Positions 19,401-29,407 of a stretch of DNA of 64,000 nt are shown here, piece by piece. Positions within the stretch are counted from its first letter, which is position 1, and every line of letters starts with the position of its first letter. Source of the DNA: Thermoplasmatales archaeon. GTDB lineage: Archaea > Thermoplasmatota > E2 > UBA202 > JdFR-43. The translations under genes and the position numbers were made by a program. Below the pieces are notes generated by a model, which was given only the letters and a program-made list of their open reading frames with translations, did not search any database and was not told where the DNA came from. Where the stretch lies: contig JACIWA010000003.1 in assembly GCA_014361195.1 (NCBI GenBank), positions 131,894 through 195,893 of the forward strand, in the 5' to 3' direction.

Positions 19401-20513
19401 CTAAAAATTTTTGCAAATTGCCTTTTCAATTGCCTCTTCAATAACTTTTTCATTTAATCTTTTCTCCATTTCCTTTATTTCCTCAATTCTTGCTTTCGTA
19501 GCGGGATTTTTTGCAACCAAAAACGAACAGCAATCCGGCATTTCTTTTATAGAAATTTCATATGTCCCAATTTTTTTTGCTAAATCAACAATTTCATTCT
19601 TGTTCATCCCTAGAAGTGGAGAAAAAACCGGCGATGAAGATGCTTCATATATAGAAGCGAGATTTTCAATTGTTTGAGAAGCAACTTGTCCGATGCTATC
19701 ACCAGTTACAATTGCCTTCGCGTTTTCCATTTTAGCAATTTCATTTGATATTTTCATCATTGCTCTCCTATAAATTATCATCCTGTAACTTGCTTTTATA
19801 TTTGAAATAATTTCATTTTGTATATCTGCGAATGGAAGAAAATAAACCTTACTTTTACCCTGAAATCTAGAAAGTATCTTTGCTATTTCCTCAATTTTTT
19901 TTGGATAAGCTACAAGATTTTCATTATAAAAATGAAGAAATATGTTTTTGCAACCTCTTTTCATCATAAGAAAGGAGGCAACTGGCGAATCTATTCCTCC
20001 AGAAATCAGAGATATAACCTTTCCTTGGCTTCCAACAGGTAATCCACCAATTCCTTTTATTTTTTCTGTGTAAATATATGCTTTCTTTTTACATATTTCA
20101 ATGAATATGTTTAGCTCAGGATTTTTTAAATTTACCTTCTTACCCAACTTATTTTTTATCTCCTCTCCCAAAATTTCGTTTAATTCCTGAGAAGTATATG
20201 GAAAATTTTTATCCTCCCTTCTTGTTGAAATCCTGAAGTTTGAGAAATCCATTTTTTTAGAAATTTCCAAAACCTTATTCCTCAAATCATCAATTTCAAG
20301 CCCCGCTTCAATTGCAAAAGAAAAATTTTCAATTCCAGGAATATTTTTGAGAATTTCTCTCGCCTTCTCGCTATTATCAACTATTATCCTTCCATGCTCT
20401 CTCTTTACTTTAACACCTCTAAGCATTTCCTCTATATTTCTAACCAAATTTTTTTCGAAAAAAATTCTGTTTTTTCCTTTTATACCTATTTCTCCATAAT
20501 GAACAATTATCAT
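19401..20513 (-). CDS. thiI: tRNA 4-thiouridine synthase ThiI (THUMP plus PP-loop, no rhodanese domain)
   Basis: PP-loop SGGIDSPVA and an N-terminal THUMP-like region. 370 aa. Confidence 0.8.
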   Translation of the reverse strand: MIIVHYGEIGIKGKNRIFFEKNLVRNIEEMLRGVKVKREHGRIIVDNSEKAREILKNIPGIENFSFAIEAGLEIDDLRNKVLEISKKMDFSNFRISTRREDKNFPYTSQELNEILGEEIKNKLGKKVNLKNPELNIFIEICKKKAYIYTEKIKGIGGLPVGSQGKVISLISGGIDSPVASFLMMKRGCKNIFLHFYNENLVAYPKKIEEIAKILSRFQGKSKVYFLPFADIQNEIISNIKASYRMIIYRRAMMKISNEIAKMENAKAIVTGDSIGQVASQTIENLASIYEASSSPVFSPLLGMNKNEIVDLAKKIGTYEISIKEMPDCCSFLVAKNPATKARIEEIKEMEKRLNEKVIEEAIEKAICKNF

Positions 20514-20526
20514 TAATAAACAAATC

Positions 20527-20925
20527 TCACATTTTTAAAACCTTTTCCATATCCGCCAAAAATTGCTCTGCATTTCTATATCCAATAGTTCTATAAACTT
20601 CTTTTCCATCTTTTAAATAAACTATTGTTGGAATCTGGCTTACTCTATATAAATTCGCAATTTCAGGATTTTCATCCACGTTAATTTTTATTGCAACAAA
20701 ATTTTTCATCATTTCAATAACTTCCTTATTTTTATAAGTCTCATTTTCCATCCTTCTACATGGCCCGCACCAATCCGCATAAAAATCAAGAATCGCTATC
20801 TTATTTTCATTTAAACTCTCTTCCAGCCCTTTTTCATAATTAACCCACAAAATTTCCCCCATCTCTTTTTTTAAACACCCAATAAGAAGTAAAATAAAAA
20901 CAAAAAATAATAAAATTTTCCTCAT
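20527..20925 (-). CDS. Secreted or lipoprotein thioredoxin-like thiol-disulfide oxidoreductase
   Basis: Signal peptide MRKILLFFVFILLLIGC followed by the WCGPC active site. Confidence 0.7.
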   Translation of the reverse strand: MRKILLFFVFILLLIGCLKKEMGEILWVNYEKGLEESLNENKIAILDFYADWCGPCRRMENETYKNKEVIEMMKNFVAIKINVDENPEIANLYRVSQIPTIVYLKDGKEVYRTIGYRNAEQFLADMEKVLKM

Positions 20926-21233
20926 TCTAATCTTATATATTCATTTCTTTCAAGCATTTTTATAAATATAGGAAATCCACTCGCTTTTTCTTTCCCGTAA
21001 TTTTCCTCAATCATCTTCATTATCTCTCCAACGCTATTTTTCCCGTCAAATTTCCTCCAGGCAAATGAACCAATTTCATCAAGATTTACAATGAAATAAT
21101 CTGGCCTTTTTAAAATTTTGCAAAAAATTTTTCCGATTTTACTCTTAAATTTAATTATTTTAAGCCTTACAAGCCCTTCTTCTTCAAACCATTCAACATT
21201 TCTTATTGGCCTTGAATCATCCTTCATTTGCAA
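20922..21233 (-). CDS. PqqD-like (RiPP recognition element-like) small protein
   Basis: The 103-aa C-terminal half LDEIGSFAWRKFDGKNSVGEIMKMIEENYGKEKASGFPIFIKMLERNEYIRL follows the PqqD-family pattern. It overlaps both neighbours. Confidence 0.4.
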   Translation of the reverse strand: MQMKDDSRPIRNVEWFEEEGLVRLKIIKFKSKIGKIFCKILKRPDYFIVNLDEIGSFAWRKFDGKNSVGEIMKMIEENYGKEKASGFPIFIKMLERNEYIRLE

Positions 21234-23172
21234 TCCTGAATTCCCTTATAACAATATAGCCAAGCAAGAAAGCAATATAACCCCAAACAATCATTCCAGG
21301 CCATGCGGGTGCTTCCTCAAGAACTCCTAAATTAACCCTTAATATAATCAAAAATGCCCCTATTATTCCCATTAAAGCTTCTCCCGCTATTAAGCCCGCA
21401 GAGAAAAGCAAACCAGTTCTATGAGCTTTTTCTTTTGGTTTTATTCCTGTCTCTTTTATAGCCATTTCCCAGTCGCTCATCTCTTCCTCCTCTTCCGCTC
21501 CTTCCTTCTTAAGCTTTCTATCCACTATTGCCCTGACAATTCCTCCCACAAGTATTGGAACAGTAAGGGTAAAAGGTAAATAAATTCCTATTGCAACAGG
21601 AAGAACAGGTATATCCATAAGAATAAGAACTATTGCAAGAAATGCACCCGCTATTACAAATGGCCATACAATTTCTCCTCCTATAACTCCCTTAACAATT
21701 CCTCCCATAAGGAATGCTTGTGGAGCGGGCAAATCAGCGCTTCCTATCTTATATGCTTTATCCAATGCCTGTATTACAATTGCAAGAACAGGAGCAGCAG
21801 CAGCCACGCCTATAATTTCCGCAACCTGCTGTTTCCAGGGGGTGGCGCCGAGCATCTGGCCCGCTGCCATTGATTGAAGCACATCTCCACTTATTGCAGC
21901 GGCACAGCATACAACCGCCGCCATCCCTATTACAATTGTCATTCCTTCATAGCCAGTTACTCCAAATGCAAGCATCAATATGCTAACAAATAAAAGGACC
22001 GCAACAGTTACACCTGAAATTGGATTATTTGATGAGCCCAGTAAGCCCGCCATATAGCCCGCTATTGCGGATGCAACAAAAGCAAGAAATACAAGAATTA
22101 CCGCCATAAATGCACTTACCGCATACATATTGCTTAGCCATCCATAAATCAAGAAAATTGGGATAATAAGCAACCCTATGGTAACAAAAACCTTCTTTAT
22201 ATCTAGGTCATGCTCCGTTCTCTTTTTAGTTTCCACCGTCCTTCCTCTCAGCCCTACAACCGCTTCCTTAACTCCATGAAGTAAATTTTCTCTTAATTTC
22301 CATATTGTATAAAGCCCACCAACAACCATTGCCCCCACACCAAGGTAGCGAACATAACTACTCCACACTTCCATAAATCCTTCAAGTGCTGGTGTTCCAG
22401 ATGGCAAGCCAGTAGAAAGAATGATCAGGGGAGTAATAATAACCCATCCAAGCAATCCGCCAGCAAAAACAAAAGCGGATATTTTTGGACCAATTATATA
22501 TCCAACTCCAAGAAGGGCGGGTGATGCTGCAACTCCTCCATAAAAGTAGCCCTCGCTCGATTTTCCCATTACTCCATATTTACCCGCATAAAAAATTTCC
22601 TCAACTTTTCCTTTGAAAACGTTCAATGAAACTTGACATAGCTTAACTACGCCTGCAAGAATTGCTCCCGCAAGCATCCAAAAACTACTCCCCTTTCCTT
22701 CTTTTCCAACAGCAGTATTTATAACCGCTGCAACCGCTACACCTTCAGGAAATGGTAAATCTGTTTTTACTATCAATGCTCTCCTTAGCAAAACCATCCA
22801 TAGCACACCAAGCACACCACCAACAAGAGCAATTAGTGTTGTCTCCCAGTAATGTATTTCATGCCATGCCCCAATCACAACAAGAGCGGGAATTGTAAAT
22901 ATCACGCCCGCAGCAAGCGCCTCGCCAGCTGCAGCCCCCATCATTCCCAGTGTTACTTCCAGCACAGTTGGTTTAAATGGTTTTAGCAGAGCGAGAGCCA
23001 TTATTGCTCCAGGAATAGCAGCAGAAACAGTCATCCCTGCATATAGGCCAAGGTAGGCATTTGCAGCACCCATTATTATTGCAAGTAGAGCCCCTACCGC
23101 AATCGCTCTAAAAGTGAGCTCCGCAACGCTTTTTTCTGCTGGTATAAGAGGCTTAAAATTTTCCCTACTCAT
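21217..23172 (-). CDS. OPT-family oligopeptide transporter
   Basis: 651 aa with about 16 TM helices, Gly/Ala-rich; the overall pattern is typical of the OPT superfamily. Confidence 0.65.
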   Translation of the reverse strand: MSRENFKPLIPAEKSVAELTFRAIAVGALLAIIMGAANAYLGLYAGMTVSAAIPGAIMALALLKPFKPTVLEVTLGMMGAAAGEALAAGVIFTIPALVVIGAWHEIHYWETTLIALVGGVLGVLWMVLLRRALIVKTDLPFPEGVAVAAVINTAVGKEGKGSSFWMLAGAILAGVVKLCQVSLNVFKGKVEEIFYAGKYGVMGKSSEGYFYGGVAASPALLGVGYIIGPKISAFVFAGGLLGWVIITPLIILSTGLPSGTPALEGFMEVWSSYVRYLGVGAMVVGGLYTIWKLRENLLHGVKEAVVGLRGRTVETKKRTEHDLDIKKVFVTIGLLIIPIFLIYGWLSNMYAVSAFMAVILVFLAFVASAIAGYMAGLLGSSNNPISGVTVAVLLFVSILMLAFGVTGYEGMTIVIGMAAVVCCAAAISGDVLQSMAAGQMLGATPWKQQVAEIIGVAAAAPVLAIVIQALDKAYKIGSADLPAPQAFLMGGIVKGVIGGEIVWPFVIAGAFLAIVLILMDIPVLPVAIGIYLPFTLTVPILVGGIVRAIVDRKLKKEGAEEEEEMSDWEMAIKETGIKPKEKAHRTGLLFSAGLIAGEALMGIIGAFLIILRVNLGVLEEAPAWPGMIVWGYIAFLLGYIVIREFRIANEG

Positions 23173-23555
23173 TTTTCTCCCTCCAGAATTTTTTCATAAT
23201 CTTTCGGATTTATAAGATCTTTTAACTCCTCTTCATTCTCCATTTCTATTTCAAAAATCCAACCACTATCATATGGCTCACGATTTATCAATCCCGGATC
23301 ATCATTTAGTGCATCATTTATCGAGAAAATTTTCCCGCTGACTGGAGCATAAACTTCGGAAACAGATTTAACTGATTCCAGAGTTGCAACAACCTCTCCC
23401 CGCTTAAAATATTTTCCAATTTCAGGTAATTCAACATATACTACATCGGTCAATTTATCCTGAGCATAATCTGTTATTCCAACTCTAACAATGCTATTTT
23501 TCCTGAGAATCCACTCATGCGTTTTTGTATAAAGCAAATTCTCTCTAATCTCCAT
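23169..23555 (-). CDS. gcvH: Glycine cleavage system H protein / lipoyl carrier
   Basis: Lipoyl-lysine motif LESVKSVSEV and an overall GcvH pattern. 128 aa. Confidence 0.8.
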   Translation of the reverse strand: MEIRENLLYTKTHEWILRKNSIVRVGITDYAQDKLTDVVYVELPEIGKYFKRGEVVATLESVKSVSEVYAPVSGKIFSINDALNDDPGLINREPYDSGWIFEIEMENEEELKDLINPKDYEKILEGEK

Positions 23556-23644
23556 ATAAGTGGAATGCTAACACAAATTTAATCTTTTTGAATTGTTATA
23601 TCTTCTTAATTTCATTTGCATGAAGTGAGGCAAAATAAAATTTG

Positions 23645-23690
23645 ATAGAAAAATATTTATATACCTTCATATATATATTTGAGGTGGTTA
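23645..23690 (+). promoter_or_regulatory. hsp20 promoter: AT-rich TATA-like elements and a GAGGTGG Shine-Dalgarno 6 nt before the ATG
   Basis: aaatatttatata / atatatattt followed by gaggtgg at 23681-23687 and the ATG at 23693. Confidence 0.4.
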
Positions 23691-23692
23691 AA

Positions 23693-24238
23693 ATGGTAAG
23701 GAAAAAGGATAAGGAAAAGGATTCCTTTGACTGGTTTGATGATTGGGGATTTGACGATATATTCGAGGAATTCGATGAGAGATTCAGAAAAATGCAACAT
23801 CGCATCAACAAGTTACTCAAAGACGCGATGGAAGGAAATATACCAGCTAAGGAAGGAGGCCCGTTTATTTACGGATGGAGTTTCAGAGTTGGACCCGATG
23901 GCAAACCTCAATTTGAGGAGTTTGGAAATATAAAGCCGAGGACTGGCATAGAAGAGATGGCAAGAGAACCACTTGTAGATGTCATAGAGGAAGGAGATAA
24001 GATATGCGTAACAGCGGAAGTTCCTGGTGTAACAAAAGAAGACATTAATCTTGAAATAACAGACAGCAAATTGGTTATAAAGGTTGACAGAGAAGACAGA
24101 AAATACTATAAGGAGGTTAAACTGCCAGCGAAAGTCGATGAGGATTCAGCGAAAGCAACATACCAGAATGGAGTGCTTGACATAGAATTCAAGAAAATAA
24201 AAGCAGAAAAGAAAGGAAAGAGAATAGAGATAAAGTAA
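23693..24238 (+). CDS. hsp20: Small heat shock protein (Hsp20/alpha-crystallin family)
   Basis: Alpha-crystallin domain ...ICVTAEVPGVTKEDINLEITDSKLVIKV....GVLDIEF. Confidence 0.85.
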   Translation: MVRKKDKEKDSFDWFDDWGFDDIFEEFDERFRKMQHRINKLLKDAMEGNIPAKEGGPFIYGWSFRVGPDGKPQFEEFGNIKPRTGIEEMAREPLVDVIEEGDKICVTAEVPGVTKEDINLEITDSKLVIKVDREDRKYYKEVKLPAKVDEDSAKATYQNGVLDIEFKKIKAEKKGKRIEIK

Positions 24239-24265
24239 TCCTCTTCCCTTCTCTATTTTTATTTA

Positions 24266-26149
24266 TCAAAATCTTATTATAATTTTATAAACTCCATTCT
24301 CCAATTTCTTTTCGGTTTCAAAAACTTTATCAAGTAAATGAAGAGCAGCTTTGTTATCTACAAGCACTTCCGCCGTAAAACCAAGCAAACCATTTTTCTT
24401 TGCAATTTCTGCCAGATATCCAACCAATTCTTTTCCAATCCCTTTATTTTGATAATCATCTCTCACAACCATTGCAATTTCTGCGGTATAATTTGATTCA
24501 TCTATTGTGTATTGAGCTAACCCTATAACCTCTTCCTTTTCATCTTTTGGTATTGTAGCAATTATAACCATTTCTTTTTTAAAATCAACAATGCAGAATT
24601 CCTGCAATCTCTCATGTGGCATATCTGTTCTTGCCGACATAAATCTCCTATAAATTGTATTATCAGACAGAGAATAAAAAAATTCTTTTAGGAGAGGTTC
24701 ATCTGATATTTTAACTGGTCTTAAAAATATTTCTAAACCCTTTTTAGTTCTTCTCCATGTTTCCAGCTCCTCTGGATACTCACCTCTTGCCCCTGGAATT
24801 ATCGCTTGATCCTTAAATACAAGATTATGTTTCTTTGCCTCCTCAAGGAGCCATGCCCTGAATTTTGGATGTGCTATAGATATCAATTCCATGGCTCTTT
24901 CTCTTATATTTTTACCCTCCAAATATGCAATTCCATATTCAGTAACAACATATTGAATATCTCCTCTTGTCAATGTAGCCCCTCCTTCCAAAAATGGGAC
25001 TATCCTACTAACCTCTCCTTTCCTTGCAGTCGAGGGAATGGCAAGTATGCTCCTTCCTCTCCCCAGCAGGGCGCCCCTCATAAAGTCCGCTTGTCCACCT
25101 ATGCCACTATAAAATGTGTGAGCAATTGATTCTGCGGTTGCCTGACCTGTTAAATCTATCTGGAGAGCAGTGTTTATTGCGGTCATTTTTTTATTCTGCG
25201 CTATAATCAGCGGATTGTTTGTATATTCTATCGGATGAAATTCGAAATCAGGGTTATCATCTAAATAATCATATGTTTCTTTTGTTCCAAGGCAGAATGA
25301 TGCAACTGTTTTATTTCTATGAATTGACTTTTCTCTGTTTGTTATTACTCCCTCCTTCATCAGATTAACTATACCATCTGTAAGCAATTCTGTGTGCACA
25401 CCGAGATTTTTCTTTCCTTTCAAACTTGAAAGCACTGCATCTGGTATGCTTCCATATCCAACCTGTATGGTTGAACCATTCTCAACAAGCTTTGCAACAT
25501 ATTTACCAATTCTTTCAGATATCTCATCTGGAGCAGAGGGTTTATATTCAAGCAATGGCTCATCATATGGGACTATAAAATCTACATCCTCTATATAAAT
25601 GAAGCTGTTTCCATGGGTACGGGGCATGTTTTTATTAACCTGTGCAATAATCAAATCTGCATTTTCTGTCGCTGTTTTAACCAAATCAACACTTATTCCG
25701 TAACTCATATAGCCGTGTTTATCAGGTGGAGAGAGCTGAATCAGTGCAACATCCACACGGATAATTTTTCTTCTTAATAAATCAGGAGCTCTTGAAAGAA
25801 ATATTGGGGTGTAATCAGCATTTCCTTCATTTACTGCCTTTCTTGTATTTTCTCCTATAAAAAATGAATTGTGACGAAAATTTCTTTTAAATTTTTCATC
25901 TGTGTAAGGAGTTACACCAAGGGTCCATATATGTATTACTTCAGCATCAACAAATGCTTTTGGATAACTCTCAACATATGCAACAAGTTCCCTAACCAAA
26001 TAAACCGGCTCACCGCAAGCTGTGCCAATAAATATTCTGTCTCCTCTATGAATTTTTGAAAATGCTTTTCTTAAATCCACAAACTTTTCGGGATAAATTT
26101 TCTTAAACCTACTAAGGAAATTTTCTTCCATAATTTTAAGCAAATCCAT
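24266..26149 (-). CDS. Acetyl-CoA hydrolase/transferase family domain fused to a C-terminal GNAT N-acetyltransferase domain
   Basis: The ~450-aa N-terminal part matches the acetyl-CoA hydrolase/CoA-transferase pattern (GYGSIPDAV, GIGGQADF). The C-terminal 160 aa has a GNAT motif, QNKGIGKELV. Confidence 0.65.
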   Translation of the reverse strand: MDLLKIMEENFLSRFKKIYPEKFVDLRKAFSKIHRGDRIFIGTACGEPVYLVRELVAYVESYPKAFVDAEVIHIWTLGVTPYTDEKFKRNFRHNSFFIGENTRKAVNEGNADYTPIFLSRAPDLLRRKIIRVDVALIQLSPPDKHGYMSYGISVDLVKTATENADLIIAQVNKNMPRTHGNSFIYIEDVDFIVPYDEPLLEYKPSAPDEISERIGKYVAKLVENGSTIQVGYGSIPDAVLSSLKGKKNLGVHTELLTDGIVNLMKEGVITNREKSIHRNKTVASFCLGTKETYDYLDDNPDFEFHPIEYTNNPLIIAQNKKMTAINTALQIDLTGQATAESIAHTFYSGIGGQADFMRGALLGRGRSILAIPSTARKGEVSRIVPFLEGGATLTRGDIQYVVTEYGIAYLEGKNIRERAMELISIAHPKFRAWLLEEAKKHNLVFKDQAIIPGARGEYPEELETWRRTKKGLEIFLRPVKISDEPLLKEFFYSLSDNTIYRRFMSARTDMPHERLQEFCIVDFKKEMVIIATIPKDEKEEVIGLAQYTIDESNYTAEIAMVVRDDYQNKGIGKELVGYLAEIAKKNGLLGFTAEVLVDNKAALHLLDKVFETEKKLENGVYKIIIRF

Positions 26150-26210
26150 TTTTAAATCTTATGTTTTAAGACCTGAAAAACAAAAAAGAGAGGAGGGGGA
26201 TGAATGCAAT

Positions 26211-26250
26211 CCTGCATATGCCCGCTTTAGGGCGCTTTATTATATGCAGG
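26211..26250 (-). terminator. 9-bp inverted repeat (CCTGCATAT...ATATGCAGG) followed on the minus strand by a T-rich tract; candidate terminator for the tautomerase gene
   Basis: Seen directly in the sequence. Archaeal terminators are oligo-T tracts, sometimes with hairpins. Confidence 0.3.
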
Positions 26251-26313
26251 TTTTTATCCTTGAAAATAAATTTTTGCGGGTATATAAAGGAGGGGAGGGG
26301 TGTGGATGCCTTT

Positions 26314-26508
26314 TTAAATATTTCGGAATTTTTCCGATGCAAATTCTCCTCCAATTGCCCATCTTGTTTTTGGAACATCATGCACTAAAATTTCAACAGC
26401 ATTTTCTGGTATTCCCATATCAACGAAAACTTTTGTTAATTTCTTCACCATTTCCTTTATTTCCTCATCTTTCCTTCCTTCCCAGAGAAATACATGAACT
26501 ATTGGCAT
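26314..26508 (-). CDS. 4-oxalocrotonate tautomerase-family protein
   Basis: MPIVHVFLWEGR with Pro1 after the initiator Met, about 64 aa. Confidence 0.7.
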   Translation of the reverse strand: MPIVHVFLWEGRKDEEIKEMVKKLTKVFVDMGIPENAVEILVHDVPKTRWAIGGEFASEKFRNI

Positions 26509-26616
26509 AAACAAAAAACACGATTAATTTAAAATATTTTGTTAGCGCCGCAGAAGAATCTTCTCTTATCTTCCAGATTTTTCTGATAAATAGTTTAACA
26601 TTGCTGTTTTTATGAT

Positions 26617-27066
26617 TTATTCATCCTCTAGTTTTATTTTTGCCCAAACAATTCCTCCGCCCTCAACTTCCTTTATCTTTTTCCATTCTTTTGCTTTATC
26701 TAAAATCCAGATGTAAACCATGCCAGTTCTTGTTTTTTCTGGTATCAAATATTTTGGATAATAATTCCAATATTTTTCGCCAGCAAGTTCAATCAATTTA
26801 TTTTTGACTTTGTTTGGCTTAACTTCTATGCAATCCTTTATTTCCACGCTTCCTATCGCCCCAATTTTATTTTCTATTTCTTTTATTTCCCTTTCATTTG
26901 CATTTTCTAACCAGACATCATCTATGCCTCGTGTTGCAATAACTGCCACTCTCCCTCTTCTCTTTGTTGGAATAGAACGCACAAGAAAATTCAATTTCCC
27001 CCTTACCACATCAGTTGCCCAAGGCTGAAAAAGTTTAAAACCTGCCTCCAAAACTTTTTTTGTCAT
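26617..27066 (-). CDS. ASCH/PUA-like domain protein (hypothetical)
   Basis: A GxKxxxxR-type motif (VVRGKLNFLVRS) and a predicted beta-barrel. Start chosen at MTKKVLE within ORF 26617..27150. Confidence 0.35.
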   Translation of the reverse strand: MTKKVLEAGFKLFQPWATDVVRGKLNFLVRSIPTKRRGRVAVIATRGIDDVWLENANEREIKEIENKIGAIGSVEIKDCIEVKPNKVKNKLIELAGEKYWNYYPKYLIPEKTRTGMVYIWILDKAKEWKKIKEVEGGGIVWAKIKLEDE

Positions 27067-27386
27067 TTGTTTATAGATATAAAATAAATTTAAATTATTT
27101 TTGGTTAAATTCAGTATTTTCCGAAAGTAAATGAATTTTGTTCTTATCATCGTCTTTCAGTAAAATCTTGTTGCCACCTATTTCATTTATCCCCCCATAA
27201 AATGTTAAGCTAACGGACAATTTAATCACCTACCTTATTTTTGCAACTATTAACAAATATATAAAACCTCCGAGACAAAAACTATTGTAAAAGGGCAAAA
27301 ATATAGCAACGGGTTAAAGATAATGAAATTTGGTTGGAAAGAGGTTTAAACATAAGCTTTTTAATATTTAAATTGATTATCAACTA

Positions 27387-29405
27387 ATGAGCGGTTGGGT
27401 TGAGCTTATCTGGAATGGAAAAAGAGAAAACAGTTTTACAAAAGAAAGTGTTGATAAATATTACGGAAAAGTTAGGGAAGTAAAAAAAATTCATTTACCC
27501 TTCCAGAAAATAGAGCTTCTTGGAATAAAAAAACTTCCTACTCTGGATAGATGGATACCTGAGTTTCCTGAAAGAGATTGGCCTAAAAATTACCCGAAGA
27601 ATTGGAAAAACTTGCTTATATGGGGGGATAACAAACTTGCCATGTCTTCTTTACTTCAGGGTATAAACATAAATGGTGAAATACTAAATTTGAGAGGAAA
27701 AATAAAGCTTATTTACATAGACCCACCTTTTGCAACAGGTGCTGATTTCTCTTTTAAGGTTCCAATGCCTGAAAGCTGGAAAGATTTGATACCAGAAAAT
27801 GAGATGGTAAAAAATCCTTCAATAATGGAAGAGCTTGCATACAGAGATATGTGGGGTGGAAAAACACCAGAAGAGAGAATCTCATCTTATCTCAACTACA
27901 TGTATGAGAGACTCCTCTTAATGAAAGAGCTTCTGGCAAACGATGGTTCAATTTATGTTCATCTGGATTATAGAATGGCGCATTATGTAAAGGTTATGAT
28001 GGATGAAATTTTTGGAAGAGAAAATTTTAGGAATGAGATTGTGTGGTGTTACACTGGGCCTGGAAGGCAAATAAGTGATTTCCCTGACAAACATGACCTA
28101 ATCTACAGATATTCTAAATCAGAAAACTATATTTTTAATCCAGATGAGATAAGAATACCTTATGTTAAATTAGATACAGGAAAAACTCATGGCATCTTTA
28201 AGCAAAGAGCGATTTTAAATGAAAAAGGGAAAATTCCTGAAGATTGGTGGTCTGATATAACTCCTGTAGCAAGATTACATGCCACTGAACTATTAGCTTT
28301 TCCTACCCAAAAACCCGAAGCCCTATTAGAACGCATCGTTCTTGCCTCTTCAAATGAAGGTGATATCGTTGCTGATTTCTTTTCTGGCTCTGGGACTTTG
28401 GCAAGAGTTGCCGAAAAACTTGGGAGGAGATGGGTTTGCTGTGATATATCAAAGTATGCAATTCATCTTACAAGAAAAACACTTCTGGATATAGAAAATA
28501 CAAAGTCCTTAGGAAGAAAGAGTGGTAAAGATAAAGAACCTTATGGGAAACCTTGCCGACCTTTTTACTTGATAACTATTGCAAATTATATGACGGATAA
28601 AATGGATAACAGAGCTGATGTTATTAGTCTCATTCTGAATCTTTATGGAGCATCACCTATGAAACAAGTCTTAGAACATCTACATGGTATAAGAGAGAAA
28701 GAGAAAGAAATTGTGCATGTAGGACAAGCAAATTTTCCTGTAACTCCTGCTGAGATTTATGAGGTTATCAAAGAGTTTAAGGAAACCCCCTTCTACAAGG
28801 ATGGATGGACTCTCGTAATCCTCGGTTGGGACTGGGCACCAGATACATTTGAGAGAGCAAGAGATTTATGGGAGAGAGAGGATGTTAAACTTAAACTTCT
28901 GCACATTCCCCCAGTTAAAAAAATTGAGGAAATAATTGAAAAACACAATTTAGATTTATCTAAAATTATTAAGTTCGAATATGCTTTTGATGAAAAAGTA
29001 AGAGAAAATTTGAGGTTCGTAGAGCCAGGATATGTGCAACTTGAAGTAAAAAAAGATGGTTTAAATGTTGAAATAAAGATAAAAGATTTCTGGGTAAGAC
29101 TTCCTCATGGGTATGAAGACCTGGAGGAAGAGATAAGAAAAAGAATATCAGAGACAAAAACCGATAAAATCAGAGAAAAATATTTCTTGCCTCTGATAAA
29201 CTACTGGGCTGTTGATTGGAATTATGATGGAAATGTTTTTAAACATGATTTTGTAAGTTTTGATAAAAAGCTTGGAGAAGGAAAAGTGGATATAAAAGCA
29301 AGCAATACTTATGTGAAAGCGGGCACATATAGGGTTGTCGTAAAAATAACTGATATATTTGGCGGTGAAACCTCAAAAGAACTTATTGTGAATGTGGAGG
29401 GATAA
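27387..29405 (+). CDS. mod: Type III restriction-modification methyltransferase (Mod; beta-class N6A/N4C MTase) with a ~200-aa C-terminal extension
   Basis: Motif IV IYIDPPF comes before motif I VADFFSGSGT (beta-class order). The extension ends in a PKD/Ig-like segment, TYRVVVKITDIFGGE. Confidence 0.8.
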   Translation: MSGWVELIWNGKRENSFTKESVDKYYGKVREVKKIHLPFQKIELLGIKKLPTLDRWIPEFPERDWPKNYPKNWKNLLIWGDNKLAMSSLLQGININGEILNLRGKIKLIYIDPPFATGADFSFKVPMPESWKDLIPENEMVKNPSIMEELAYRDMWGGKTPEERISSYLNYMYERLLLMKELLANDGSIYVHLDYRMAHYVKVMMDEIFGRENFRNEIVWCYTGPGRQISDFPDKHDLIYRYSKSENYIFNPDEIRIPYVKLDTGKTHGIFKQRAILNEKGKIPEDWWSDITPVARLHATELLAFPTQKPEALLERIVLASSNEGDIVADFFSGSGTLARVAEKLGRRWVCCDISKYAIHLTRKTLLDIENTKSLGRKSGKDKEPYGKPCRPFYLITIANYMTDKMDNRADVISLILNLYGASPMKQVLEHLHGIREKEKEIVHVGQANFPVTPAEIYEVIKEFKETPFYKDGWTLVILGWDWAPDTFERARDLWEREDVKLKLLHIPPVKKIEEIIEKHNLDLSKIIKFEYAFDEKVRENLRFVEPGYVQLEVKKDGLNVEIKIKDFWVRLPHGYEDLEEEIRKRISETKTDKIREKYFLPLINYWAVDWNYDGNVFKHDFVSFDKKLGEGKVDIKASNTYVKAGTYRVVVKITDIFGGETSKELIVNVEG

Positions 29406-29407
29406 AG

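Noticed and set aside
27067-27386. Structured ncRNA (SRP RNA / RNase P RNA) in the 320-bp gap between the ASCH gene and mod
   Set aside because: The region is over 75 percent A+T with no GC-rich helices. It reads as a divergent promoter region, not a structured RNA.
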